A stretch of DNA of 64,000 nucleotides. Source: an uncultured cyanobacterium (GTDB lineage: Bacteria > Cyanobacteriota > Cyanobacteriia > Cyanobacteriales > Nostocaceae). The notes under the pieces are model-generated. The model made no database searches. It had not been told where the DNA came from and was given only the letters and a program-made list of their open reading frames with translations. The stretch lies in contig OY970166.1 of assembly GCA_963706595.1 (NCBI GenBank), forward strand, positions 1,696,001 to 1,760,000. The letters run 5' to 3'. Both the position numbers and the translations under genes were made by a program. Positions 19,743 to 33,266 of the stretch are shown here, one piece after another (position 1 is the first letter of the stretch; each line of letters starts with the position of its first letter).

Positions 19743-20525
19743 CTACAACTCCTCAAAGAGATTGTCATTGTATCTTCTCCAATCGGGTATTTGGTTGAGA
19801 TTATCATCAGATCCTTGATCTGATACGACGGAAATTACAAGCAAAAATTGAGGCGCTCCTATTTCCCTGTTATATCCTTTTGCTATGTTGAGAGATTCTT
19901 GTTGAAAATCTAAATCTAAGCCACGAAAATATCTAGTTAAAATTTGGTGAGATAGAGGGTGTGAGAATCTATAAAGTTTTCTATTTTTCAATCCAGAACC
20001 AATTGCTATATTCATAGGTAAAGTTACAACGTGCAAAGATCCGCTCGATTTTACCCCACGAAGTTTTTGTAAATTGTAGTCAGCACTATTATGAATACTC
20101 TCGTAATCGTAAAGTAATACATAAGAATGTGGTGCATTTTTGTAAATTCTATTTAGCTGCTCATCTTTAATAGCATCAAAAATGTTGCTTTTTTCCTTCC
20201 GTTTCTTTGCCTCTAGAAAGGCTACACCTTCCAATGCTTGATCTGGATATTGAATTCTAACAAGAATTGCAACGTCACCAAATTTTTGCTCGGCTGACAG
20301 TTTTTTCCTTAACTTATAGGCGTTTGAAGCTATCCTTATTGTCTTTTTACCCATTCCTACTTCAATATTACGGAACCGTTGACGATACTCACGCAATAAG
20401 TCCTGAGTAACGTAGTCTTCATCCCAGTTGTATAAATTGTCGCCTACTATTCTTTGAATGACTGAATTAATTGCACCTTCTAAATCTACTCGAAATTGCT
20501 CACAATCTACATACCTCATATCCAT
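19743..20525 (-). CDS. Hypothetical protein, probable PD-(D/E)XK nuclease fold
   Basis: EQKFGDVAILV..VAFLEAKK (E..D..ExK) motif; AT-rich. Confidence 0.6.
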   Translation of the reverse strand: MDMRYVDCEQFRVDLEGAINSVIQRIVGDNLYNWDEDYVTQDLLREYRQRFRNIEVGMGKKTIRIASNAYKLRKKLSAEQKFGDVAILVRIQYPDQALEGVAFLEAKKRKEKSNIFDAIKDEQLNRIYKNAPHSYVLLYDYESIHNSADYNLQKLRGVKSSGSLHVVTLPMNIAIGSGLKNRKLYRFSHPLSHQILTRYFRGLDLDFQQESLNIAKGYNREIGAPQFLLVISVVSDQGSDDNLNQIPDWRRYNDNLFEEL

Positions 20526-20712
20526 AACTCTTTATACACCCCAGAGAAAATCAAGCCCATTATTACACGCTTTTTGGCTCATCTCATCTAATTCTAGTAA
20601 ATCAGCCATGCTCCTTCGGATTTGCTACGCGATCGCCCAGCTAAAAAAAATCAGAGCCATACCATAATACTTGGTATCGACTCTGATAATTATTTATGAA
20701 ATTAACTGTAAA

Positions 20713-23700
20713 TTAGCCAACAGTCAAATTAACACGGACAATCATATCGTTGTAGTCTTTGTCACTACCACGTTGTAAATCTTCAAAGCCAAAGACGTTA
20801 TTTCCTAACATGGTAATGTGGTCTACTTGTGTAGGATTAGCGCCTAAGAATGGGAAATAAATCGGCTGGTCATTCACGTTTTCTGGTCTGCCATCAGCAA
20901 TAATAAATGGTGCTAACAGTGAACCAGCCTCTAAAGTAGCTGTGTAAGTGCTTGTCCGGCGGTTATTGGTTGTCAGGTCAATACCTGGAACACGGGCATT
21001 TACAGCAGCTTGACCATAACCAGCTTCTCCGGGGAGAATGTCTGCGTTGCCATCGCCGTTGATATCGATGCCGCCATTGTCATCAGTGACTTGATAGAAG
21101 CTGACATAATTGTTCAAGGCTGCATCTCTGTTGACGATAAATTCCGCTTGTACCGATTCTGTAATCCCTCGTAAATCAATCAACTCAGATTGTAATCCCG
21201 CTTGCAACCCTGTACCTAAAGGTAATGGTTGCTCAGTCGCCTGAATCTTCACCTCAAAATCTTGGTAATTGTTGCTTCTTAAAGGTCTTACCTTCCAAGC
21301 TAAAGAAAATTCATCATTGCCCAAATTGGTAATTCTTTGGGTAGAAGCATTAGAAAATAATACATCTGTGATGGGGATAAATCCAGCCTGGACTTCATCG
21401 GTTGTTCCGTTCGGCACTGCATAGAATCTCAGATTATCGCCTGAGTTAAATTCTAATAAGCGGGTAATGTTGTCTCGACTAAAGCCAGTAGGCAATCTAT
21501 GCACAGCAGAGAAAATTGCTTGCGCCCGTTCTAATGCGGCTTCGGCATAACCTGCGTTTCCTGGGGCAATACCGTTAACACTGCCTATTGCATCATCCAC
21601 TGTAAATACACCCAGTTCATGCAACTGATTTGGTCTGGTTCGTGTCAGTGTCACTTGGAGTTGTGTAGTTTCACTCTGACCGCGAATCGTAAAAGTATCG
21701 CTGCCAGGATTATTTACTAGTGACACATCGTTGTCGGCAATTGTCACAGTGGCACTGTTGGATATATCTAAAACGTATTCAGCTTGATCAACTAAGTTGA
21801 GGATAACAGTTTCATCACCCTCCACGAAATCATCATCTGCTGGTGTAACTGTAACATCCACGAAGGTTTGACCGGCGGCGATAGTCGCAACCCCAGTGAG
21901 GTTGTTGTAATCAACATTATTGGTAGCAGTACCTTCAACGGTGTAGTTAACTGCCAGAGATTTACTGGTATTACCAACACGAGAAATGCGGAAAACGCCT
22001 GGTTGATTACCTGTTTCTGCGGCATCGATCACAAGGGACTCAATGCTGACTACAGAAGTAGCCAAATTAAGCGGCTTATCTAAGCCTAAGAGAATGATTT
22101 CGTTGTTGTCAATCTCAGGTGGTCTGCCGACTGAGAAAGGATAGTTGTTATCGTTAGCCAGCAGGAGTGTGTTTTTATCAATTACCACCACAGATTCAAT
22201 CGTGACAAAGGGAAAGGTAAACAGAGTGTCACCGTCTCCATTTAAATCATTGGGGTCTTGAATCTTCAACAGGTCAACGACTTCCTCTTTAGATACAAAG
22301 CCGTTGGCATCTTTTTGAGACAAATCAATCTTGAATATCTTCTTAAACTGGGCAGATGCACCTTGACGACCATCCCGTTCAATTACCAGAAATTCATTTT
22401 CATTCACCACGGTTAATGCACCGATGGCGTGATTGGGTTGTTCCATGCGGTAGTAGCCAGCTAAACCCTGATACTGCTTGGATTCCGCATCAAATTCATA
22501 GATGCGTAAGGAATTGGCAGGATCACCAATTACAGTACCTTCCAACATGGGATAGATGGTTTTCTTATCCAGGCTGATAGCCATGCCTTCAAATCCGCGA
22601 GAACTCGCCAGATTTGAGTAAACTGGATCGCCTAGTAATTGGTCAACCACTAAGCTACCTGTACCTGGGAAGTCAGAGAAGAAACCATCAATGCCTAACT
22701 CAATAAACTGTTGATATTCTAGTTTGGGATCGCCGTTGTACTCTGCTGCGAGGAAGATGTCTTCGTTGCGGAAGGTGTAGGGATGTAACAGTAAACCGAC
22801 TGCATGGGCATCTTGTACCAGGGTTGTTGGTGCTTGGAGGACACCACCTACAGAAGGCACAATTAAGCGCTTGTTGGGTCCAATACCTGCTGCGTATGTG
22901 GCAATGTTAGCTAGTTCTGTGGGATTGGTAAGGTCGCCGTAGGTGCGGGAGTCACCACTCACTACAAAGTCATAAGGTTTACCATTAGCACCGCCCAGCA
23001 GTTGAACTAGGGGAATATCAATGCCGGCGGCTGGCATGATTACCTGTTTCAGTTCCTGGAGATTGCCTACCTCGAAGGATTGAATAAATACCCGTTCGGG
23101 GTCGGTGAAGTCTTGGGCAACTAAGGTGTTAACTAGAACCTCACCCAGGTTAATGTTGATGTCGGAACCATTTAAAAGTTTGCCTTCACTCGCAAAGAAG
23201 GTGGGGTGTTTGGTTTCCGGATAAATGCCGATTTTGCGTCCTGTTTCGGCTTCTACTTGTTTTACCAAAGCAATGATTTCTTCGAGACTGGGAACTTTTA
23301 GCCCATCACCATCAAAGTTGGTTCCTCGTAAATCTGGCAGACGTTCAATAGAATTGAGAGTTTTGATTTCTGCTAGGGTGAAATCTTCTGTAAACCAACC
23401 TCTGATAGTGCGACCATCAATAACTTTGGTGGTGAAACGGTCAGCAAACTCTGGACGTTCGTTAACATCTGTGCTGGTGTCAGTTCTGTTGACTGAATCA
23501 TCATCATTGAGAATGGCTAAGGCGTTTTCGTGACGCGCCACTAAATAACCATCTTTAGTAGCGACTAAATCAGGTTCAATGAAATTCGCACCATCTGCGA
23601 TCGCTAACTTGTATGCTTCTAAAGTATGTTCTGGTCGTGAACCACTAGCCCCCCGGTGTCCAATTACCAAAGGTGCAGAACCATCTAAGGTAGCAAACTC

Positions 23701-26700
23701 AGGGGGAATTAAAGCCGGATTATCAGGAGAAATCACAAACTCGCCAGTCAATTGATCACGCACGCGATCGCCTGTACCTGGAAAATCTGTAAAATAGCCA
23801 TCAACACCTAAGTTAATGAAATCGATGAATTCCGCTTCTGGGTTGCCATTGTAGTCGGCAGCGAGAAAACGTCCTTCATTACGGAAGGTGTAAGGATGGA
23901 TCAGCAAGCCAGCATCATGGGCATCTTTCACCAAAGAAGTGGGAGGAGTCAGAGTTTTATCGGCATCATTAACTACACCATCGCCGTTGACATCATCCGC
24001 TTGACCATCATTATTGGCATCAACACCTTGCACGGATCTAATCATCCGTTTCCAAGGACCAACACCAGATGCGTAAGTCGCAATTTCTTGTAAACCCTCT
24101 GGTGTCCGCAAGTCAGCATAGGTGCGGTCATCGCCACTGACTACGAAATCATAGGGTTGAGTCTCAATCAGGGAACCATCAAGATTGACATCAATAGCAT
24201 CGAATAACTGAACTAGGGGAATATCAGTAACTTGACTTAATTCTTTGAGATTGCTGACTTCAAAGGATTGGATATAAATCCGACTGGGGTCAGTGAAACC
24301 AGTTTGTTCTAGGGTTGCTAACAGGGGTTCTTCCAGGGACAAACCCAAATCATCGTGGAAAGTGGGATGCTTGGTTTCTGGGTAAATCCCGATTTTCTTA
24401 CCTGTATCAGCTTCGATTTGCTGAACTAACTCAATAATTTCCTCAAAAGTAGGAATTTCGTACAGACCGTTAAACACTTGGGTACGGAAACCTTGAGGCA
24501 TAATCGCCCGTAGGGTCTTGATTTCCGCCAAAGTGAAGTCAGAAGCAAAGAAACCTTCTTCGGCAACGCCATCGACCATTTTAGTGGTCAGGCGATCGCT
24601 AAATTCTGGACGAGAGGCGACATCAGTGGTAGCAATTAAATTAGGTTCGTGACGAGCAATTAATACGCCATCTTGCGTAATAACCAAATCAGGTTCAATG
24701 AAATCTGCACCGCGTTCAATTGCCAGTTTATAAGCGCCTAAAGTATGTTCTGGTAGTTCCCCGCTTGCGCCCCGATGTCCAATCACAATCGGTGCTTCAC
24801 CATTCAGAGTATTTAAACTCACGTAATTAGGTGTATCAATGGGAGCTTCTATCAGCTTACCAGTGGCATCGAAATGTAACAGATAAGGACCAAATTCTTC
24901 ACCAATCCAGAAACTACCATCTTTTGCAACTACCAGAGATTCCAGGTCAAAATCTGAACCGGTTAATAAACGGTCAGGAGTATTCTCATTGATAATCTCG
25001 AAAGGAACTTTCTTGTCAGGGTCGGATAGTTGCACAAAATCCAACACATTCACACTACCATCACCCCCAACTTCTGCACCTTGGAAACTGGGGTCAACGC
25101 GATAAATCCGCAGTAAATAATCAGGACTATTCGCCTTGCTACCAAACCCATTGTCAGACAAGAACCAGAAGGAACTGTCATCGGCAACTTGCACAGCACT
25201 AAATCCTTGAATTGGCTGTGAGGCAAAGGGTACATTCCGTCCGTTGGTATTACCTGTAATGGCATTACCGGATGGTGGCCCTTCAGCGAAGGTGTCAGCA
25301 GGGAGGGAGGCAAAACCTACAAGTGTTACGTCTGGGGTAATGGGTTGATTATTCGGTTGTGGCACAGGATTACGGGGGTCGTAGCCAGTTGTGTCAATAT
25401 TTAGGGGATTAGGGAAAGCATCAGCAATATTTTCCCAAGGCACAAACTTAAAGTTGCTATTGACGTTTTCTAGTTCGCCGTCATCTTCAACTAATTTGGC
25501 TGGGTCGTTATTACCATCCTGGGTAACAAATAGACCGTAGGGGAAGTTAGCACCCAAGGGGACGTTTATTACATCTGCGCCGTCTGACTCTTGCACGCTG
25601 TCAATTGCGCCATTGCTGCCAACGGCAAAGCTTCCTAAGTATTCGTTATTACCTTGGCGGTTATAGATAGCAAAGGTGTTATCGCCTTGACTGGATGCTA
25701 GTAGATAGCCTGTACCGTTAGCACCGTAGTAAATCGTCAGTCCTTCGACATCGGGGGTAAGATTGCTACCACCCAGTTCTTTAACTTGATCGATCAGTGT
25801 GCCGGTTTTACCACCGTTGGGTTCGGCTTGGAATTTCCAGATCCCGACATTTTCTTGACCGATGTAAAGGAAACCTGTTTCTTGGTCTGCCACCATTCCC
25901 TCAGTTTGGGGGTCAAATCCGGCTTTGGTGGGTACGGTGAATTCTCTAACTCGTTCTACCCCAATTTTGCCATTACCTTGGTCGATTAGTTTGTACTGGG
26001 CGACATCTCCAGTGTCGGCACGATTAGCGAAGACATAGTAATCGTTGGTGACGGGACTACGGTACATCGCTACGCCGTAAGCGCTGATGTCGTCTGCTGA
26101 GTAAGGTGGGCTAAAGGGTGCGGCTTGGAAGAGAGTGCCAATATTGCTAGCGGTGATGTCTTCTAGATACTCACCGTCAGCGTTACCATTGGGATTTATT
26201 TTGAAGAATACCAGTGTATCGTTTTCGCGATCGCTTGCCACGGCAATATCAACAGATTCACCACCTAAATTAAAGCCGTATTGCAAATCAACATTGTTGT
26301 AGCGAATACCACCAGGATTAACTGTCTGCAATAAATTACCAGACAAGTCATAAACCCGGATTCCAGCATTTTTCACGGCTGTGAGTACCAAGCTATCGGC
26401 AGAGTTGGTAGCATTCACATAAATAGCTGGGTCATCGGCATCAGCATTTTGATCAACAACAGCCTGGGCGGGATCTTCATCGTCAAACAAATCAGGACGG
26501 GTTTCTACACTTGGCGTGACAGTCGGTACTAAGTCTGCGCCGCTATTCAAATTTAACCCAATAATCACTGGGTCATGGTCGGAAGAACGGAAGGCATCAG
26601 GACTATATAAACTTTCTACCTGTCCGGCTGATTTGAAGTTGGTGTTGTAGTCTAAAACATTGGGTTCATCGGCGTTGATGTGCCATTTGGCAGCACCGGT

Positions 26701-29700
26701 AACTTGCGTTGCTAAACTACCATTAGCTAAGGCATGATCCAGGGAACCCCATTGGCCACTAAAGACAAAGGAGTAACTGCTATTGGATACCAAGTTTTCA
26801 TATCCAGCCGTTTCCAAAGTTGTGATTGGGTCTTCTTTGGCGTAGGCGTTGATGTCGCCCATGATTAAGTAATCAGGGTCAGTGATACCTGTAGGATTAG
26901 TGGCTAACCATGCGGCTAAATCTTGGGAAGCACGAGTCCGAGTCCCATTGGAAGCACCTTGACCATCGCCAATATCTGTATCACCCACACCACCAGCACT
27001 AGAACCTTTGGATTTAAAGTGATTCACCACTGCGGTAAATTCTTCACCACTGGAGTTTTCTTGGAATGTCTGCGCTAGGGGTTTACGGTTGTTATCGTCG
27101 AATGCCCCTTGACCAAAGCCATCGGGGACTGTGGCAGCTATACCAACAGGGGTGACATTACTGGGTTTGTAGATAAAGCCTACAGCAATGTCATCCGTAC
27201 CCAATTGAGCAAGACCTGGATTAATTAAAGCATAAGTACCAGCGCCAGCCACAGCATTCAAGCCGTTAACTAAATCTTGAATTGCACTATTAGCACCATA
27301 GCCATCGTTCTCTATCTCGATTAATCCCAGGACATCTGCGTTGATATCCAAGATGGCTTGAATAACTTTATTCCGTTGGCGATCAAACTCAACTGAATCG
27401 TCGGCTCCCCGTTGTTCTGGGCTGTCGAAACCTTCACCCTGACCATCGCCGTTAAAGTAGTTAAGGACGTTGAAGCTGGCAACTTTCAATCTACCACCGA
27501 CATCTGGCGCTGTTTCTGGACGCACATTAGCGGGTGTAAAGTTTGCCGGATCTACTGGCTGAATCCGATAGTCGCCAAAGCGAGCATCTAAAATACCAGA
27601 CAATCCCATCACTGTGTCACCACCGCGCAGGGTATTATCACCATTTAAAGGTTGACCACCCCGACCGTGAATAATCGGATCAGGATTTTGAATACTTTGG
27701 CCATCGTCTAAAATAATCCGACGCTTGGCAATTTCTGCTTGGTAAGCAGCGTTACCACTAATACTAGGGGCATTAAATTGAGTGTATTGTTCTAATCTGC
27801 CATCGGTTCCAGGCTGGTTAGTGTCACCATCGGAGGATAAAACAACTTGTCCAAATCGCCCTAATTGGAAATGCTCAGTTACTGTGAGGGTTTGGGGAAT
27901 AGTGACGCGCATTCCCTCAAAGGCTTCTAAGTCATCAATACTCAGGATGGGGAAACTCAACGCTGAGGCTGTGGGTAGGGGGTTATCCTCACTGACTATA
28001 GTGACGTTAGTTAGATTTCTCAGTTGAGTGAGGCTGCTACCACTACTGGCAAATTCGCTGACTTCACCTGTGAGTCGCACTTTGTCGCCAACTTTTACAT
28101 TTACTCCGAAGTTGTCATCAAAGACAAAGATACCTTCTGAAGTTGAAGCATCGCCATCTATATCAGTATCTTCTTCTTGGACGTAGAAACCACGCAGATT
28201 CTGCACACCGCCAGCCGCTTGGAAATCGCCAACGACAATGCCTTCAATGGTTTGAAAGGTTCCGAGGAAATTCGCGATCGCTCCACTACCCTGAACTTCA
28301 TGAATTTTGCTGATTTCTACTACCTCGTCATTGTCTGTAATTGTGGCAGTGATTTCGGCAATATTCAGCCCGTTGTAATTCACATCACTGCTAGTTACAG
28401 CATGACTAATATTACTCAAGTGCGTACCTTCAACTACATCATCATCTGCGGCAATTATTGTAACTATCTGTGGTGTATCCCAGTTATCTGGAGTAAATAT
28501 CAGATTTGCTGGGGTAGTGGTAGATTGAGAATCAGTATTAATCGTAACTGTGACATTGGCTGTAGGTTGGGTATTCAGTACCAAAGTATAGGTATCTGTT
28601 GCACCTGCCTCTGTGACATTGGTACTACCATCAGATTCAATCAAGCTAAAGCCTGGTAATGCGGCGGTGGAAACCTGTAAATTATCGATCGCCAACCCAT
28701 GATCGCTACCAGATTCGTTAATATCTGTCCAACGCAACCAAATTTCTTCACCAGGTGCTAAAGAAAACCCTGTGAGGGTGTCCGCAACACTGGCTCTGTT
28801 GTCGCTGTTATTACCATCTAAAGCACCGCCTGAACTGGTAGCAATTGGCGCTAAAAAGTCCAGTCTATCAAAATCAACCCAAGTCCCAGAAGTTAAATCT
28901 GTGGCTCCAATTTGGTAAGCAAAGTTGAGTTGATGTTGAGTTGTATTCCCACCATTACGCCATTGTTCACCGATGTAACTAATTGAGAGTGTGGAGATGG
29001 TGGCATCAGTATCGTTAAAGAAACGCGCTCCGTAGTGAATAGTGTTAGTACCATTAGAAGCAACTGAGCCTAATGCTCTGTCGGTGTCTTCTGTTGTCCC
29101 AAAGCTGTAGAGACTACCACTATTACTACTGCCAGTACCAGCATTGATTGTCTCACGAGTTGCATACCAACCAGGGATAGTTTCAGCATTTACCCAAGAT
29201 TGATTAGTACCGGAACTAATCAGGCTATCGAAGCTTTGGGAGTAAGGGGTACTCAGAGAAATTGCCTCTGGTGGGATAGTAGTCAATTCTGAACCCAAAG
29301 TGATGATATCGCTGCGGAATTTCTGGAAGTTGTCTTGTGCTAAATCTTTAGAATTTGTGCCGTTGTCGTACCAGACAAAATCACCGTTATCTATCAATAC
29401 CTGAATTTCGCTACTACTAGTGAGTTCATCAGGGACTTCTACAATCGTCTCAAAACTTCCCCCTACATTTAATGCTGTCAAATTTGCTGTCCGTAGTACA
29501 GGCGCATCGGCGGCATTACCATTCCAGGTGTAGAGGCGGAAGTCATTGGGAGCAGTACCTGTTGCCCCACCTGCTGGCCCAGCAATAATCAGATATTGGT
29601 TATTAGAATTACGTTCAATACTGCGGATACTACGACCACCTAAATCTAGCAGAATGGGAGCGCCAAAGGTTGCAGAGCCAGATGTGCCACCTGTGTTATC

Positions 29701-32691
29701 CAGAATATCAGTAAAATTAGTTACTGGAATAATCAGCGCTTTGTTACGTTCTGGTGTGGGGAGATTAGGCGCACGGAAGGCAACGTAAGCGGCATCACTA
29801 TCGGGGGCAACTGTCAAGCCTTCAATGCTAAAACCGTTGGCAACTTCGGGAGATATGCCATCTGCGGCACTAGCAGCTAATCCGAGATAATCAGCACCCA
29901 AGCCGTGACCGTTGCTGCTATCCCAAGCAATCAGGTCATCTTCGAGAAACTGGTAGTATCCCTGAAAAGTCAGGGTAGCATTAGATTCTGTGCCAGTAAT
30001 TTCTGTAGCAAAAATCCGTTCGCGGTTGGGTCTGTCTTGGCTACTGCTATTGTTGCTGTGGGAACCCATCCAGTAAATTGTGTCACCAATTCTGGTAGAG
30101 GCTTCAATATCTACTTCACTGGAACCAGATAAGCCTAACATTGAGGTGAAGTCAAAACTGGCTAATGGTAAACCGGAGTTATTGCGATCGTATAGCCGAA
30201 TTGTTTGGTCTTCGTCGTCGGCAACGAACATATAATTGGCATCAATAGCGATCGCACTAGAAGCGTCACTTGTACCTGTCAAGAAGCGGGTGGTGGGAGT
30301 TCCAGACCCGGCAGAAGCGGCGTAGTTAATAATGTAAGAGTTGCTGAGTGTACCGTCACTCACCGTAACTGTGATATTTGCCAGACCAACACCAGTCGGA
30401 TTAATCTTGAGATTGCGTTCTGCACCGCTACCAGAAAGGGTGAGGTTGGCATCAGGGACAACTGCTTGATTACTGCTGGTGACTGTAACTGTCAGATCGC
30501 CAAGTGCTGTATCGGAGTCACTCAGGGTGAAATCAATTCCTAGTGTTTTAGCAGGGTCGGTAGGATCGTTAATTACACCACTGATTGCACCAGCACCTGT
30601 AATTGCTAGGGGAACTGGTAAGTTCTCTCCATCAAGAAAATCTGTTGTAGTGGGATTAATTTCAATTTTTGGTGTGCCAACAATGGATACAGGATTGGGA
30701 ATATAAGTACCTGGGTTGGCGACATCACCACCAGTAGATAAACGCGAATTCTGACCATCATTGACGGTGGAAAGTTGCCAATCAGGAGTAATCTCAAAAG
30801 CATCTAGATTTGCTGCTTCTGTCCAGCCACTAGCGTTCTGAGTGCGAATTGTCCCGACAATTCCTTCATCGTTATAAGTCAGGCGATCAATTAATTGCCC
30901 ATTTTCATCGTACAGATTAATCTCATCGTTCCGTCCTAAACCTTGGTTGGAGTTGCCGATGATTTTCACTGATTCAGATAATCCCCAGGCTGTACGGAAT
31001 GTTTCGGCTGGTTCTTCGGTTAAAATAACTGATTCTCCAGGCTGGACAATCCCATAACCACTGACCCCGAAGGAACCAGGAGTGCGGGTGTTATCGTCAA
31101 AACTCCAACCAGTAAAATCTACGGCTGTAAGGCCGAGGTTGGTAAATTCGACGAATTCTCCATCAGCACCAGAATACATATACTCGGTGATTTGGATGTC
31201 AACGTTAGTATTGGGAACTGCATCGTTGTCGGTAATATTTACCGTAACGTTAGCGATCGCAATTCCATTGTAGTTAGCATCACTACTGCTGACACTATGG
31301 GTAATTGTCCCTGTGTGTGTACCCTCAACGACATCATCATCGACAGCCATGACTGTCACTGTTTGGTCTACATTCCAGTTGTCGGGAGTGAAAATCAACG
31401 TTGGCGAACTGGTTGTCACTTGTTCATCCACAGTGATGTCGATAGTCACATTTGCTGTGGGCTGAGTTTTCAGTGCTATGGTGTAGCTATCTGTAGCCCC
31501 ACCTTCACTGACATCGGTGCGATCGCTAGATTGAGTGATAACTACGCCAGGGACGGGTATGATATTGACGTTATAGAACCCTGGGTTGCCAATATCGCCA
31601 GCAGTAGAAGCTAAGGAATTCTGGGCATCACCGACAGTAGACAATACCCAATCAGGATTAATATTGACAGCATCTAGATTAGCTGGATCAGTCCAGCCAC
31701 TGGCGTTCTGAGTACGAATTGTCCCTGGAAATGCTTGATCTCCATAGGTGAGGCGGTCTATCAGTTCACCGTTATTATCGTACAAATTAATTTCATCAGC
31801 GCGCCCGATATTTCGTGTCAATCCGCCAATTACCTTGACGGAAGCCGATAATCCCCATGCTAAACGGAAATCCTCTTCAGTCGTTTCTGTGAGGATAACT
31901 GATTCTTCAGGCTGCACAATCCCGAAAGCGCTCAAATCCACAGTCCCAGGTGTGCGACCACTATCATCGTAACTCCAGCCAGTGAAGTCTACTGCGGTAG
32001 TACCCAGGTTGGTAAACTCCATGAATTCACCGTTAGCACCGGAGTACATATATTCGGTGATTTGGATGTTTGGTAAAGGCTGAAAAAGGGTAAATGATGA
32101 TGCCCAATTAGAAATGTCAGTTATGGTGGAACTAGCTGTCCAATTTGCTGCGTTGGAGATAGCAGCTAGAAGTTCTGCCTGAGTTCCAGAAGTAGAACCG
32201 CTATAATAGCCATTTGTCCCATTAGTAGTTATTGCTACTGTTGTAGTACCAGTTTCCAGTGTGCCACCATTAGCAGCACTTGGTTCAGCAGATGTAGACG
32301 CGCTAGTTGCATTCAAACTCCAGTTGCCAGAATTCAGTGCATAAATTAAAGTTGGGCTGGCTAATGTTCCTGTATAGATAATCAGCGAGTCACCACTAGC
32401 ATTGAGGGCAAAATTACTGGGATTATTAGAGTTAAACCCTGGTGAATTATTGTTATTTACGTTTCCATTTGTCCAGGTGAGAACTGTACCCGCAGAGATA
32501 TCTGTAGGTGCAGTGTAAGTCAGAATTCCCTCTCCAGTTCGGAAGCTACCACTACCACTAGATTGCCAACCGTTATCTGTGATGTTGAAGGTTGTACCAG
32601 CAGCAATATCTACCAGCACTACTAAACGGATGCTATCAGGATTAGTAGTGTTATAACCTGCGATTGCAATATCACCTTGTGTCAAAGCCAT
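20713..32691 (-). CDS. 3992-aa multi-domain phosphoesterase: 2 lamin-tail domains, Calx-beta-like repeats, DUF3616-like, ExeM/NucH nuclease, beta-propeller phytase, phytase-like esterase split by 2 GDPD domains, DUF4114
   Basis: IQITEYMY x2; [29 protein letters not shown] (EEP nuclease); [24 protein letters not shown] (phytase); HRGASG..EHTL..IEPDLV x2 (GDPD); FGFEDL..DKDYND. Confidence 0.92.
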   Translation of the reverse strand: MALTQGDIAIAGYNTTNPDSIRLVVLVDIAAGTTFNITDNGWQSSGSGSFRTGEGILTYTAPTDISAGTVLTWTNGNVNNNNSPGFNSNNPSNFALNASGDSLIIYTGTLASPTLIYALNSGNWSLNATSASTSAEPSAANGGTLETGTTTVAITTNGTNGYYSGSTSGTQAELLAAISNAANWTASSTITDISNWASSFTLFQPLPNIQITEYMYSGANGEFMEFTNLGTTAVDFTGWSYDDSGRTPGTVDLSAFGIVQPEESVILTETTEEDFRLAWGLSASVKVIGGLTRNIGRADEINLYDNNGELIDRLTYGDQAFPGTIRTQNASGWTDPANLDAVNINPDWVLSTVGDAQNSLASTAGDIGNPGFYNVNIIPVPGVVITQSSDRTDVSEGGATDSYTIALKTQPTANVTIDITVDEQVTTSSPTLIFTPDNWNVDQTVTVMAVDDDVVEGTHTGTITHSVSSSDANYNGIAIANVTVNITDNDAVPNTNVDIQITEYMYSGADGEFVEFTNLGLTAVDFTGWSFDDNTRTPGSFGVSGYGIVQPGESVILTEEPAETFRTAWGLSESVKIIGNSNQGLGRNDEINLYDENGQLIDRLTYNDEGIVGTIRTQNASGWTEAANLDAFEITPDWQLSTVNDGQNSRLSTGGDVANPGTYIPNPVSIVGTPKIEINPTTTDFLDGENLPVPLAITGAGAISGVINDPTDPAKTLGIDFTLSDSDTALGDLTVTVTSSNQAVVPDANLTLSGSGAERNLKINPTGVGLANITVTVSDGTLSNSYIINYAASAGSGTPTTRFLTGTSDASSAIAIDANYMFVADDEDQTIRLYDRNNSGLPLASFDFTSMLGLSGSSEVDIEASTRIGDTIYWMGSHSNNSSSQDRPNRERIFATEITGTESNATLTFQGYYQFLEDDLIAWDSSNGHGLGADYLGLAASAADGISPEVANGFSIEGLTVAPDSDAAYVAFRAPNLPTPERNKALIIPVTNFTDILDNTGGTSGSATFGAPILLDLGGRSIRSIERNSNNQYLIIAGPAGGATGTAPNDFRLYTWNGNAADAPVLRTANLTALNVGGSFETIVEVPDELTSSSEIQVLIDNGDFVWYDNGTNSKDLAQDNFQKFRSDIITLGSELTTIPPEAISLSTPYSQSFDSLISSGTNQSWVNAETIPGWYATRETINAGTGSSNSGSLYSFGTTEDTDRALGSVASNGTNTIHYGARFFNDTDATISTLSISYIGEQWRNGGNTTQHQLNFAYQIGATDLTSGTWVDFDRLDFLAPIATSSGGALDGNNSDNRASVADTLTGFSLAPGEEIWLRWTDINESGSDHGLAIDNLQVSTAALPGFSLIESDGSTNVTEAGATDTYTLVLNTQPTANVTVTINTDSQSTTTPANLIFTPDNWDTPQIVTIIAADDDVVEGTHLSNISHAVTSSDVNYNGLNIAEITATITDNDEVVEISKIHEVQGSGAIANFLGTFQTIEGIVVGDFQAAGGVQNLRGFYVQEEDTDIDGDASTSEGIFVFDDNFGVNVKVGDKVRLTGEVSEFASSGSSLTQLRNLTNVTIVSEDNPLPTASALSFPILSIDDLEAFEGMRVTIPQTLTVTEHFQLGRFGQVVLSSDGDTNQPGTDGRLEQYTQFNAPSISGNAAYQAEIAKRRIILDDGQSIQNPDPIIHGRGGQPLNGDNTLRGGDTVMGLSGILDARFGDYRIQPVDPANFTPANVRPETAPDVGGRLKVASFNVLNYFNGDGQGEGFDSPEQRGADDSVEFDRQRNKVIQAILDINADVLGLIEIENDGYGANSAIQDLVNGLNAVAGAGTYALINPGLAQLGTDDIAVGFIYKPSNVTPVGIAATVPDGFGQGAFDDNNRKPLAQTFQENSSGEEFTAVVNHFKSKGSSAGGVGDTDIGDGQGASNGTRTRASQDLAAWLATNPTGITDPDYLIMGDINAYAKEDPITTLETAGYENLVSNSSYSFVFSGQWGSLDHALANGSLATQVTGAAKWHINADEPNVLDYNTNFKSAGQVESLYSPDAFRSSDHDPVIIGLNLNSGADLVPTVTPSVETRPDLFDDEDPAQAVVDQNADADDPAIYVNATNSADSLVLTAVKNAGIRVYDLSGNLLQTVNPGGIRYNNVDLQYGFNLGGESVDIAVASDRENDTLVFFKINPNGNADGEYLEDITASNIGTLFQAAPFSPPYSADDISAYGVAMYRSPVTNDYYVFANRADTGDVAQYKLIDQGNGKIGVERVREFTVPTKAGFDPQTEGMVADQETGFLYIGQENVGIWKFQAEPNGGKTGTLIDQVKELGGSNLTPDVEGLTIYYGANGTGYLLASSQGDNTFAIYNRQGNNEYLGSFAVGSNGAIDSVQESDGADVINVPLGANFPYGLFVTQDGNNDPAKLVEDDGELENVNSNFKFVPWENIADAFPNPLNIDTTGYDPRNPVPQPNNQPITPDVTLVGFASLPADTFAEGPPSGNAITGNTNGRNVPFASQPIQGFSAVQVADDSSFWFLSDNGFGSKANSPDYLLRIYRVDPSFQGAEVGGDGSVNVLDFVQLSDPDKKVPFEIINENTPDRLLTGSDFDLESLVVAKDGSFWIGEEFGPYLLHFDATGKLIEAPIDTPNYVSLNTLNGEAPIVIGHRGASGELPEHTLGAYKLAIERGADFIEPDLVITQDGVLIARHEPNLIATTDVASRPEFSDRLTTKMVDGVAEEGFFASDFTLAEIKTLRAIMPQGFRTQVFNGLYEIPTFEEIIELVQQIEADTGKKIGIYPETKHPTFHDDLGLSLEEPLLATLEQTGFTDPSRIYIQSFEVSNLKELSQVTDIPLVQLFDAIDVNLDGSLIETQPYDFVVSGDDRTYADLRTPEGLQEIATYASGVGPWKRMIRSVQGVDANNDGQADDVNGDGVVNDADKTLTPPTSLVKDAHDAGLLIHPYTFRNEGRFLAADYNGNPEAEFIDFINLGVDGYFTDFPGTGDRVRDQLTGEFVISPDNPALIPPEFATLDGSAPLVIGHRGASGSRPEHTLEAYKLAIADGANFIEPDLVATKDGYLVARHENALAILNDDDSVNRTDTSTDVNERPEFADRFTTKVIDGRTIRGWFTEDFTLAEIKTLNSIERLPDLRGTNFDGDGLKVPSLEEIIALVKQVEAETGRKIGIYPETKHPTFFASEGKLLNGSDININLGEVLVNTLVAQDFTDPERVFIQSFEVGNLQELKQVIMPAAGIDIPLVQLLGGANGKPYDFVVSGDSRTYGDLTNPTELANIATYAAGIGPNKRLIVPSVGGVLQAPTTLVQDAHAVGLLLHPYTFRNEDIFLAAEYNGDPKLEYQQFIELGIDGFFSDFPGTGSLVVDQLLGDPVYSNLASSRGFEGMAISLDKKTIYPMLEGTVIGDPANSLRIYEFDAESKQYQGLAGYYRMEQPNHAIGALTVVNENEFLVIERDGRQGASAQFKKIFKIDLSQKDANGFVSKEEVVDLLKIQDPNDLNGDGDTLFTFPFVTIESVVVIDKNTLLLANDNNYPFSVGRPPEIDNNEIILLGLDKPLNLATSVVSIESLVIDAAETGNQPGVFRISRVGNTSKSLAVNYTVEGTATNNVDYNNLTGVATIAAGQTFVDVTVTPADDDFVEGDETVILNLVDQAEYVLDISNSATVTIADNDVSLVNNPGSDTFTIRGQSETTQLQVTLTRTRPNQLHELGVFTVDDAIGSVNGIAPGNAGYAEAALERAQAIFSAVHRLPTGFSRDNITRLLEFNSGDNLRFYAVPNGTTDEVQAGFIPITDVLFSNASTQRITNLGNDEFSLAWKVRPLRSNNYQDFEVKIQATEQPLPLGTGLQAGLQSELIDLRGITESVQAEFIVNRDAALNNYVSFYQVTDDNGGIDINGDGNADILPGEAGYGQAAVNARVPGIDLTTNNRRTSTYTATLEAGSLLAPFIIADGRPENVNDQPIYFPFLGANPTQVDHITMLGNNVFGFEDLQRGSDKDYNDMIVRVNLTVG

Positions 32692-32801
32692 AAATTTATT
32701 GCCAGTTGTATTTTAGAGGGCATCGAGCATGAGCAAACTAACTATGAATTTTCCCAGAACCCATACTTTGCTATCAGTATTAATGTGGCTACAATGCTCT
32801 C

Positions 32802-32845
32802 AACCTATACCAGCTAGATTAAGAAACAGCTAGCATCAGGTTAAA
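32802..32845 (-). promoter_or_regulatory. Putative SphR/Pho box
   Basis: Minus strand TTTAACCT-N3-GCTAGCTG-N3-CTTAATCT (11-bp period) followed by TAGGTT, a -10-like hexamer. Confidence 0.6.
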
Positions 32846-33266
32846 TTTTGAAATACTTGCAAGTAAATAATTTACCGAAAACAATATCAATATCTTGGTC
32901 TTGTAGGGAGCATTCCAAATGTGCAAGTCTAATCTATTTATAGGATTCTGATTGATAAAAGAATGACAAACGAACCGCATTCGCGCAGCGTATGCCCCAG
33001 GGCTTTAGACGCAAAGAACGCCAAGGTAAGAGGGTTTAATAGGTCTTGCGCTTTGCGCTTACCGTCTTCTCCCCCCTGCACCCTGCACCCTGCACCCCTG
33101 CCTCTTCCCACTCCCCACTTTTCATTGGCTCTATCGGTTAGAAGACACAGATAAAACCAACTGAGGTTGTAATTAATTATGCTGAAATTATCTTTCCTCT
33201 GGTTGATGTTTATTATGTGTAAATTTTGGAGAGTTAATACATAGGTTCGCTTAGAGATGGAAAACA

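Noticed and set aside
21792..31972. Antisense and alternate-frame ORFs within the giant gene (and similar ones within glnA, devB-like, sulP, hlyB)
   Set aside because: Fully overlapped by well-supported CDSs with no independent motifs
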